Source: Ascidiella aspersa
Lineage: Eukaryota
DNA: 64,000 nt
Direction: 5' to 3'
NCBI GenBank assembly: GCA_963924565.1
Contig: OZ004607.1
Span: 10,974,001-11,038,000, forward strand
Under the pieces are notes generated by a model. The model saw only the letters and a list, made by a program, of their open reading frames with translations. It had not been told where the DNA came from and did no database searches. The position numbers and the translations under genes were made by a program. Each line of letters opens with the position of its first letter. Within the stretch, counting starts at the first letter, position 1. Positions 11,759 to 21,006 of the stretch are shown here, in pieces.

Positions 11759-14700
11759 TCAATGTCCTAAAAGTCCAGTGCCTTTGAAACCAACTTCGGG
11801 TTCACTTTGCTTGACAGGAGTGAAAATTTCAGGTATGTTTTTGTCATTAGGTATGTCTTCAATAAGCGTGATGCTACATCCAGGGTAAACAAAAGATTCT
11901 CCCAATGACTTGGCATCATCCGAGAGAAGTTTGCCATTCAGCCATAGATTTTGGTCAAATGGTGGAACTGAATAAAGGTGCATAATCTTAATTTTTAGTT
12001 CCTTAATTGTTAAAACAGATGAGATTCCTGAAAGAGTTTTTCCACCCCGTGTGCAGCGTCTGGCCGTTCTGTTTGACACAAAAGGTTTAGTTTGGGAAGA
12101 ATCTGAAATTCCATTTTGTTGAGGTTGATTTGCAGGGGACTCATTTTCTATGTTGACTCTATTAACAAAAATGTCAGCATCTGTATAATCGAACTCCATT
12201 TTCTGCTTTCTTTTAATTAGTTCAGCAATGCAAGCCTTGCAAAGCTCGGGATTATAAATAAATGAGTCTGGTGTAGGGGTCAAATTATTTCCCGGTATGA
12301 TATTGGATTTTATAAAAACTGAGGGAGTTTTTGCTGGCATTGATTCAACTAGGGGGGTAAGTGGATTAATTTTTTCCAACATCACTGAACACTCTGTTGC
12401 TATCTTCTTTTGAATATAGATTTCATGATCAACTTCAAAGAATTTCCTAACTGATTTCCATTCATGCTCCCAAAGCAACACACATTCTTTTTCTGAAGTT
12501 TCCAAAGTCCCGGTACCATCTGGAAATTTTAAAGGATTGTGAAGCAAATTTAAATGTGAACATAAAAACTTTTGGTTGTCAATAGTTTTGACAGGTTCAT
12601 TTCTGGTGGGGTTTCGAACAAAACATCGCCATTCTGCCAAAAACTGCTGAGATATGATAAAAATGGGCTCAGTCAGGGCATTTGATTTTCCATTAAAAAA
12701 ATTTGGCCTGTTTTTGTCCAAAAATAGTTGGTGAAGTTCAGACTTTTGGTTTTGCGCAAGTTTTTTTCTGGACACTTCCACTTCTTCTGCCTGTTGAAGG
12801 TCAGCTATGCATTTCGAACATGGCTGGGACCCAGCTCTGAATGTACAGCAATGTGGAAAATAGTGTAGTAGGATCTTCCACACTTTGTCTGGCACAAGCT
12901 GATATAAATTTGGGTTCGTAGTCAAACCAGAATGATCACAAAGCAAATCACAGTTGAATTTAAATTCTGTTTCATTGTCTGATGTTTCTGATGAAGTTTC
13001 AGATTCAGGGTCAGTGGGCTTAGCTTTCTCTGTGGTTTCTATCAAAGCATGTTCAACTTGTATATTTTTAAGAATAATTGATTTCCATTTTCGAAAGGAT
13101 TGTTTGCCAACAAGAAAAGCCTCTCCAGTGGAGCTTTCCGTCATGTTAGTTGATTTGGCGTGTTGGCTGACAATTGTAAAGTCACTATTCAGTTGATTTC
13201 TTTTCTTAATGAGGCAACAACGGTTTTTCACACATTCAATGCAAGCTTTCTGCAGAATCCTTGCTGGTAGCTTGTCACAATTAGAGAACATCATATCAGC
13301 TGCTTGTTTTGGAATGTACTTCAGCATGGCAACCTTGTCGACATTTAAACCACCATGTCTACAAAGTACATCTTCAATTGCCCTAATGCTTGCTCGCTGA
13401 TTTTGAACAGGACTTAAATATTGCTTTATTGCAGACGTGAATGCCCATTCATAATTTTCAGTTGGTGCCTCTAGCAGTGCAATAAAGTCGATCATTCTTT
13501 TTCTGTACTTAAGGCTGTTCAACTGTTCTTCATAGACAGAATTTAACTTGTCAACACCCTGTTTTTCAAACAGGTTATTGTGTTCCTCGATAAGAGTGTT
13601 AATATGGCTGGGAACAGGCAAGATGCTTGTATTTTGCACACTTTCCCTTTTAATGTACACCAGCATGTACACATCTTTGGATGAGTGAAAGCCTTTTAAG
13701 ATCTTTTGCTTTTTTGGCACTGGACCCTGAATGTCTTTCCAAAAATTGTCTTCCCCTTTGCTTACGTCCAGATCAAGTTTCTCTCCGCCTTTTAACTTTG
13801 CTATTTGCTCGTCATTAAACTTGTACCAAATTCCATTCTGGGTGTCCTTGATATTGGCAATGTAGTGGCCAGACATAGCACTCGGCCCCCGATGAAGTAG
13901 AACTGCAGACAACTGGTATTGCATATTTGCATGTTGGACAGGTTCACCATTTGAATCAATATACTGGGAAAAATCTAGCAGATCTGGGAAGGAAAGACTG
14001 CTAACAAGTTTTTGTCTCTGATTGGTTGACTTGTCATAAACAAAGCGCAAAAGCTGCAGACTTAGAGTTTGTGGGAGAGTCTTTAAAGCAATTTGTCGAA
14101 TAGCATCTCTTTTTCCATTACATGTATCGCAGTGGTATTGGTTTTCGCCATCAAGTTTTTCAGGCTTTAAAAAGTCAAGAATACAATCCTTTAAGTTCTT
14201 GTGGCCTTGTACATTGAGATCAAGTTCGTAAAATCGGGCAGGCCGTTCAGTTACAGTTTGACAAGTTAGACACTTTGTTTTGTAAGCATACTTTCCTGAA
14301 AACTGAGTTTGAATGACAGAAGAAAGATAAGGGTTAGTTTCCAACACACTCATAAACAATTTTGAAAACTCCTGGGCATCTTGCTGCAAGTCTGTAGGAA
14401 GCCCAAGGCTCTGAATAAAGGAGTTGGGGTCAACAGTCTTACTTGCACTGCCCTGCAACAAGCCAAATATCAACTGCAGTTGGCCACAGATAGTTTGCTG
14501 GTAATTGCCGGATTGATTGCAATCATTTTCTTTTAGTGAATAGATGGCATTTCTAAAGTTAATGTTGTGCATCCACAGTTGAAGGTAGGTGTTAACATAA
14601 CAGGTTGCACCTAAGTTCTTCAGACCGACAAGTTCACCTGGTTTTCTTCGCTCGGAATCAATCTCCTTGGTAATTTTATCGATTTCCTGCTGATTGACCA

Positions 14701-14914
14701 CTGATGCATTGGCACTTGTCCAATACATTTGTCCGAGTCCACGCAAACATTGAGGGTTTCCATTGCAATTTTTTCTGCAGTTGTTGCAGGCTGGAAACTT
14801 CAGTCTGTAAGCTGTTGCAACCTCCACCTCTCCAATTCGGCCACAATCTACTTTGTCAACCCATTGCCAAGTTTGAAGCTCCAGCAGTTTTGAAGCAGAA
14901 ATCTTCTTACCCAT
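11759..14914 (-). CDS. USP48: Ubiquitin carboxyl-terminal hydrolase 48, 1051 aa, intronless CDS
   Basis: N-terminal CRKNCNGNPQCL, Cys box GLKNLGATCYVNTYLQ, QQDAQEF, His box LSAVLLHRGPSAMSGHY and WYKFND. These are followed by DUSP-like repeats (LCxH), a C-terminal UBL (YSVPPFDQNL) and the USP48-typical end GFKGTGLLGH. Confidence 0.96.
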   Translation of the reverse strand: MGKKISASKLLELQTWQWVDKVDCGRIGEVEVATAYRLKFPACNNCRKNCNGNPQCLRGLGQMYWTSANASVVNQQEIDKITKEIDSERRKPGELVGLKNLGATCYVNTYLQLWMHNINFRNAIYSLKENDCNQSGNYQQTICGQLQLIFGLLQGSASKTVDPNSFIQSLGLPTDLQQDAQEFSKLFMSVLETNPYLSSVIQTQFSGKYAYKTKCLTCQTVTERPARFYELDLNVQGHKNLKDCILDFLKPEKLDGENQYHCDTCNGKRDAIRQIALKTLPQTLSLQLLRFVYDKSTNQRQKLVSSLSFPDLLDFSQYIDSNGEPVQHANMQYQLSAVLLHRGPSAMSGHYIANIKDTQNGIWYKFNDEQIAKLKGGEKLDLDVSKGEDNFWKDIQGPVPKKQKILKGFHSSKDVYMLVYIKRESVQNTSILPVPSHINTLIEEHNNLFEKQGVDKLNSVYEEQLNSLKYRKRMIDFIALLEAPTENYEWAFTSAIKQYLSPVQNQRASIRAIEDVLCRHGGLNVDKVAMLKYIPKQAADMMFSNCDKLPARILQKACIECVKNRCCLIKKRNQLNSDFTIVSQHAKSTNMTESSTGEAFLVGKQSFRKWKSIILKNIQVEHALIETTEKAKPTDPESETSSETSDNETEFKFNCDLLCDHSGLTTNPNLYQLVPDKVWKILLHYFPHCCTFRAGSQPCSKCIADLQQAEEVEVSRKKLAQNQKSELHQLFLDKNRPNFFNGKSNALTEPIFIISQQFLAEWRCFVRNPTRNEPVKTIDNQKFLCSHLNLLHNPLKFPDGTGTLETSEKECVLLWEHEWKSVRKFFEVDHEIYIQKKIATECSVMLEKINPLTPLVESMPAKTPSVFIKSNIIPGNNLTPTPDSFIYNPELCKACIAELIKRKQKMEFDYTDADIFVNRVNIENESPANQPQQNGISDSSQTKPFVSNRTARRCTRGGKTLSGISSVLTIKELKIKIMHLYSVPPFDQNLWLNGKLLSDDAKSLGESFVYPGCSITLIEDIPNDKNIPEIFTPVKQSEPEVGFKGTGLLGH

Positions 14915-15142
14915 AGTATCCCACCTTTGGGTTTTTCGCCATTAAGTCATGTAGTGCAAAAGTAGCCAATTTAAAAAAAAGGAAGAATTTAACTAAATGA
15001 CAACATATTATCACTGGGAATTTAGGAAAAGAAATACATCGTTTAAATTTTGGTGTGACCATAATCCAGACTGGAAAAACTGGTCAAATTGCAAATAATA
15101 GCCAAACTTTTCAATTTAGACACAAATTGATACACTCACTGA

Positions 15143-15320
15143 CCGTATTGTAAACAAGTCATTTTGAATTCATTAAAGTCACAGTAAAGTAATTTGTGAA
15201 ATAAATTGTCAAACTTGTAAAAAGTCAAAAAAGTAAAAAGTCAAGTCCCCATCAGTCATTAGTTGCCCCAGTTAAGTTATTATTAGAGCAAGTCAAGCCT
15301 AATTCAAGTCATTAAGATAA
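15143..15320. repeat. Dispersed repeat rich in CAAGT/AAGTCA motifs (MITE remnant)
   Basis: Shares TGTAAACAAGTCATTTTGAA...ATTAGAGCAAG with 52125-52365. An inverted relative lies at ~55850-55950. Confidence 0.6.
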
Positions 15321-15397
15321 AAGTAAAATTGTAAACTTTTGAAATTGGAAAAATGGTCTGATTATTACCAATAACTTAACTAAAAATAACAAATCCC

Positions 15398-15599
15398 GGT
15401 GCTGGTCTAGAATCCTACCACATTTTCGTCCGGGGTTTTATATTGCTATAACAATATTTGGGTTAGGGTTAGCGTTTGGGTGGGTCAAGTATTATTTTTA
15501 TGTTTATTCTTACATATCCATGCCTTCTTTGCAATTTCAACTTTGACCACTCGTTTCGTTAGCTTTAAAATAATTGTGGTAGGATTCTAGACCAGCGCC
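15398..15599. mobile_element. Non-autonomous DNA transposon with GG-starting TIRs and 8-bp TSD (Merlin-like)
   Basis: 25-bp TIR GGTGCTGGTCTAGAATCCTACCACA (1 mismatch). Perfect TSD CAAATCCC at 15390-15397 and 15600-15607. Internal GGGTTAGGGTTAG. Confidence 0.85.
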
Positions 15600-15710
15600 C
15601 AAATCCCCAATATAGGTAGTTGTTTGTAAAAATGTAGGGAAAAATAAACAGACTTTTTTTTTAAATAATTAAAACAATTAATTTCAACCAACTATTTTGA
15701 GTATTGATAC

Positions 15711-16175
15711 TAGGGTTCCTCTCCGGGAATGTTTCGACAGGAAATTCCCGGGAATTTTTTTTGAATCCCGGGTATTCGGCAACATAGCAAAACTTAAAAA
15801 AATGTCGTTTTTGACTGATATAAAGAAAAAAATTTACCAACCCTGTTAAAGTCGTTGCCTGAGTTGCTTTATTTGCGCTTACCAGCGGAAAAAAACTTGA
15901 TTAAATTTATTCTTTTAAAAAATGCGTTTTTTTAAATAAAAACAAATAAAGGTGCTGACTTCAATACGGAAGGTCTTGTAAGATAGAAAGCAGAAGCGAG
16001 ACAACAGAACATAAATGAGCTTAATTAAATGTTTGGAGCTTATATATATAATATAATTTCAAACGTCATAATAACAAAATTTTAGGTAGAATTTTTTCGT
16101 CGGGATTCCCGGGAATATTCATTTTTCAATTCCGTTTCCCGGGAGTGAAAAAATCCGGGAAAAAGAGGAACCCTA
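15711..16175. mobile_element. hAT (Ac-like) MITE
   Basis: TIR TAGGGTTCCTCT/AGAGGAACCCTA, perfect TSD ATTGATAC, subterminal CCCGGGAA repeats. Confidence 0.9.
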
Positions 16176-17062
16176 ATTGATACAGATTGTTGTGATCTGT
16201 GATGCTGTAAATAAACACAAATAAAACTATAAAAAGACAAGGCACTTTTTGGAGGGACATGACCCCTAAGTTGTAACCCCTATGGCTATGCCCGTGATCT
16301 GTGTTAAGTTTTAAAACCGATAAATTACAATACAATATCAAAACAGGCCTGCTTTCCAACCCTTAAGGCCTCAATTATCCGACATTCCCATTGGGGCAGG
16401 GGCAATATAAAGCAAAAAAACAGATTTCCGTGTTAGTTATTGGTGGCAAATTTATATAAAAAGAGATTTTAAATTACTTTGGTATGCTTGAACTTGCAAT
16501 GAAAAACAATTAGGTTTTGCGTGAAATATTTCAGTATTTTAGATTTACCTGAATGATTTCTAAAATCAACCAAGCATGATACTTAACAGGGTTGCCAGAT
16601 AGAAAAAATAAAAAAGCCAAAATTACTCTAAAAAAGGCCAAAAAAAGCCAAATCTACTGCAAACAAGCCTATGTTTTTCCTTAAATAAATAAAAAATGCA
16701 ATAAATGGTCATGCTGGTACATTGAATTTCTCTTTTAGTGGCAAATTTTCTTAATTTTTTTTTTTTGTTAATTTTTCTTGACTTTTTTTTCTCTTTATGT
16801 AAATTTTTTGGAATTTTTTTCTCTTTTTGCGTTAGTTTGTAAGTCAAATTTTATAGAGATCAATCAATAAAAAGAGATATAAACCTCTTTGATCAATAGG
16901 AACTTAAAAAAATACGCGCAACTGAATTATTTAAATATTTTGCAAAAACATTATTTCTTCAAAGTTTTATCACTTGTTTGTTTATTACTAAACCAATAAA
17001 ATTTACATTTCATTAGTTCTAATGAAAATAGTCGCTAAAGGGGCTAGAGAATCGTGTCAGTC

Positions 17063-17085
17063 CACTGATCTCTATGAGATCAGTG
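17063..17085. mobile_element. 23-bp palindromic micro-element or transposon footprint
   Basis: CACTGATCTC-TAT-GAGATCAGTG flanked by the perfect 8-bp direct repeat TGTCAGTC. Confidence 0.7.
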
Positions 17086-17287
17086 TGTCAGTCATAAAAT
17101 TTAATGGCAGCTAAAATCATAGATATCAATGAATAAGGTATTCTATTATTATTTACAAAACTGTAAACATATTCCATTAGTATTTTCCTATGCCACCTTA
17201 AGTTAAGTCACAGGTTCCAAGTTATTGCTACAAGTTAAACGCCAGGCTATTGTTTTCCAAAATAAATATTAGGTTCTTCGTCTAATC

Positions 17288-17870
17288 CAGTGTTCCGCAA
17301 CTGGTAACCGTGAGTGCGTGAGACCATGCCAGGTGTCCAGGTAAAACTTTTTGAACCTTCTGTTTTTCACCGTTCAATCACCGAAAGTCAAACTTGTTTT
17401 TTTAACTCAAATACCCGAAGTATAAATATTCAGGACTTGTTTTCAAGCTTTACACCAAAGTGGGAAGAGAGATTATCCAATTGTTCAAATCCCATGAAAT
17501 ATCATTGTATAGTTGTTATAGGCATTTTGTGATTGTTTAAATTAATATTGGCTGCTGTTCCTAAAAATAAATTAAAAAGCGCAAAGCACAATTTGTCAGG
17601 TTTTATTTTTCGAATATTCTATTAGCCCTCAATGTTCTCTGATCCGCTATTGCAAGAGGGTACAATTTTTGGGACTTTGGTCGGCTCAAAATAAGAAGAT
17701 AAAACAATATTTGGCGCCTTTAGCGCGTTTAATCTTAAATCGCTCGATTTTCTCTTGGATGCCTTTGCTTATGTTTTTCAATGTCGATCGTCATATATAT
17801 TTTTAGTGTGTGTCAGCGAATTTTTAGCTTTGTTAATGTGCCGCAAGTGAAAAAATGTTGCGGAGCACTG
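17288..17870. mobile_element. hAT (Buster-like) MITE
   Basis: TIR CAGTGTTCCGCAAC/GTTGCGGAGCACTG; TSD GTCTAATC/GTCTTATC. Confidence 0.85.
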
Positions 17871-18422
17871 GTCTTATCTGCGTTTGTTCGCACAGCAAAC
17901 AAAACAAAATGTATAGTAAGTCAAGATTTTTACATGAAGTGACGAATAAGCCAATTTTACGAGAAAGTATAGGCTACTACTAAATACAGCACTAGAGTTT
18001 AAGTTAAGTGTCTCAATTAGATTTTACAACACCAAGTATCGGACATCCCTTTATGGTTCGGTTAAAAAGAGCACAATTCATGAATATTCGGGCGAGTTTG
18101 GATCGACTCGATAGAGCAGATGTCGGCTATCTTGTTGACTAAAAGAGACAAAAAAGGCAACATGTTTTTTTAATTTCTGAGAAAGTCATATAGGCCTAAT
18201 ATTTTTTACACTTGAAAGGTGCAAAAACATAAAACCTTAAAAGATGCCAAACCATCCATTTTTATACAATTATCTGAATTTACTCTTCAATAACCTACCT
18301 TTTATTCACAATGAAACTTTTGGTTCTATATAGATCGCGTTAATGATAGCTTTCTAGTTTGTTGGCGTAGCAGCCTTGCTTAGCAAACTGTATTGGTTAC
18401 GGACCTAATTAGTAGTGCTCAC

Positions 18423-19270
18423 CTGCTTTAGTCATAAACGACAATCCTTTGAACTTTGACTACTTAAGTTAATAGCGTAAATCAGAAGAATATCTGAGTA
18501 CATTGCCTAAAAAAACAACAGGGGCGGTCAAATTGCAGATTGTATTTTTCGAGCTTTTAATCATGTGATCTCGGTACTTTTGAAGATAACTATGAACACA
18601 AAAACCACACATACCATAGCGAACACGGACGACCACGCCAAGCGGACCAAATAATAGATGAAGCGCAGAAGGCGAGCACCTCCCGCTATAGCTCCGTGAT
18701 ACAAAAACACACACAAGTTCAGTAACAAAAGAACAGCACCCCGTTACATTTTGGTCAGTTACATGACCAAACCAAAACGATCGGCTATTTTGAACCGCCA
18801 CTTATGCTCAATATAAAAAAAACGAAAGGGCGGTGACATGGACATTTAAACACATTTTATGTGCAAACAAATAAAGTCCGGTAGCGACTGTCAACAGCAG
18901 TTTTTTATCATTATCGTCTTGTTTTGCCGGAAGGTAAACTTAAGGTGCTACGAATGTACGCGTGATTTTGGTCCAGGTCGAACTTGATAAACAAAAAACG
19001 GCTGGAAAAGCAGTTTCACACAATTCAAAATCAATAGGATGAGTCTCGAGTGGTTTCGCATGACAGCACGGAGTCAGGCGCGTGGACGTGACACTGCGGT
19101 GTTGAGACAGCGATTCATAATTCATGACAGGCGCAGATTTTTCGCGTCTCGCGCAAACCGAGACGCGGGCCAGTTTGTGTGCGAAGGAATCAGTCGGCGC
19201 GAAGTTTGACCGCAGTAAAATCCGAACGGGCTCTTGCCATTTCGGCGGACGAGTCAGTTAAGGGTTGCCA
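18423..19270 (-). promoter_or_regulatory. CpG-rich promoter and first non-coding exon region for the USP48 transcription unit
   Basis: CpG-dense island between the UNC119 poly(A) signal and the CpG-poor USP48 body. It has an E2F-like TTTTCGCG, a YY1-like GCCATTT and a strong minus-strand donor GCAG|GTGAGC at 18423/18422. Confidence 0.55.
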
Positions 19271-19669
19271 CTTGCCACACATTATCATTGTTAAATAAAT
19301 GCAAAGACATTAAATGAAAGTTTACAGGTTTTTAAACTTAACGTTGGATTACTAAACTGGTTTTGAAAATAATACGAAAAAATAAATGCCATGGCCAACA
19401 AACTGGGTTACTTTCAAAACACATAATGTTAGCTCCACATTAAATGAAAGGTTATTCAAATGGGGGTTTTGCAAAGACTTTTCATTATGTAAATCAAGTC
19501 AAGGACATATAAAGATTTTGCGGCGACCCTGTCAGCTGCTATTACATGCATGATGAACACAGGCTAGTTGTACCGTACAGCGGGAAAAAAATCAAGAGGT
19601 AACAGACAAACGTTCTTTGGTATAAAAGTGGAAATATTGGACTGGGACAAAAACAAAACCAAGAAAACA

Positions 19670-19675
19670 TTTATT
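19670..19675 (-). terminator. Putative UNC119 polyadenylation signal (AATAAA)
   Basis: AATAAA on the minus strand followed by a GT/T-rich tract, ~1.3 kb after the stop codon. Confidence 0.45.
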
Positions 19676-21006
19676 GCGAGTTGTAACTCGAAAGTTTGCG
19701 ATTAGGGGTCGAAAAGCACTCTGAGCGTATTTGTTAAATCGTCGCTACGGATAAGATTTGCGACTTTTTGAAAATTTCACACCAAAAACAAGCAAGCAAG
19801 ATTTCACAGGACAGGTATCAATATAGTTCGTACGATCACAAACATCCAGTTATTTTTTGCAACATTTCTGAAGGCTTTAAAAAAATTCATAGAGGAATAC
19901 TGCGGGATTTGTGGGGGAAAGGGTTGTACCAAAGATATAATCGGACCTCCTTCAGTAAAAGGTAATCGATGCAAGTTGCCGCCAAAAATGTATCGTTTAC
20001 TTAGTTGAGCATATTTTTTATACTATCAGGGTCTTGCTGATTAAACACACACAACAAAATACATATTTGTGGCTGTCGTAAGTTGCAAACCACATAAACC
20101 AGCATTGGTTTTGACGAAAAACTTTGCAAAAAACAAACAGCCAAGAAGTTACGCTACTAAAATTAAACAGGATAAAGGTCGGTTGTAACACAATAAAGTT
20201 ACATATTATGCAAAATCGACAGCATTTTCTACTATGTAACGAAATACATTTCGTACAGTTCCGCGAAAAAAAAGCGAAGCTACAATTTACGATATATATA
20301 TATATATATTTATTTAGACAGAGATCTTTATATAAAATAAGATGTTTAAGAATAGAAAGAAAAAAAAAAGAGGTTCGCAAAATCCGACACGAAGCTAAAC
20401 AGAAAACTGGAGGGAAAGGCATCGTGACTATAATGTCAACTCAACAACGGCGACGCCCAGCTGGCCTTGACGTAAAGCCGGAAAAATCGATGCCGCACTA
20501 GAAGATAGATATCAGAACCAGAAGCAGATTGCAAAAGGGGAAGTCATGTCCACTGCAGATTTGCCAGGCCATGCACTGGGTTTGAATGAGCGGTCCGATC
20601 GCTGGGTACAAATAAACTGTTCGGTGTTTAACTAGGACTGACTGGCGAAACTAGGGCAACTGCATGAACTTGGCCCTAGTTTCAAATTATCAAAGGTGTT
20701 TAATATTTCACAAAACGCCAAGACCGGAAAACCGTGCGCTATAAACCTGAGATATCGCATAAGAGGCTGTCTGTCGTTTTAAGGTTGTGCCATCTACGAA
20801 GCTCACATATCATTTGAAATAAGTCAATACTAATTAATCGACGGAAATTTGTGCGAAACCGGGTAGACGACCTTAACCGCATAAACTTTGCGAATACTTT
20901 GCTTCTTAATTTTCGGACCAAGCCATCGAGGCCGGTAAATGGCCCGGCATAAGCTGTGGCGGAGAGACGGTCCCTTAGTTTTGCGTGTGCTGCTGCTTGG
21001 TAGCTT

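Noticed and set aside
17121-17150. Spliced-leader RNA gene (GAATAAG|GTA)
   Set aside because: Only a short match to the end of the ascidian leader, in AT-rich sequence; no other support.
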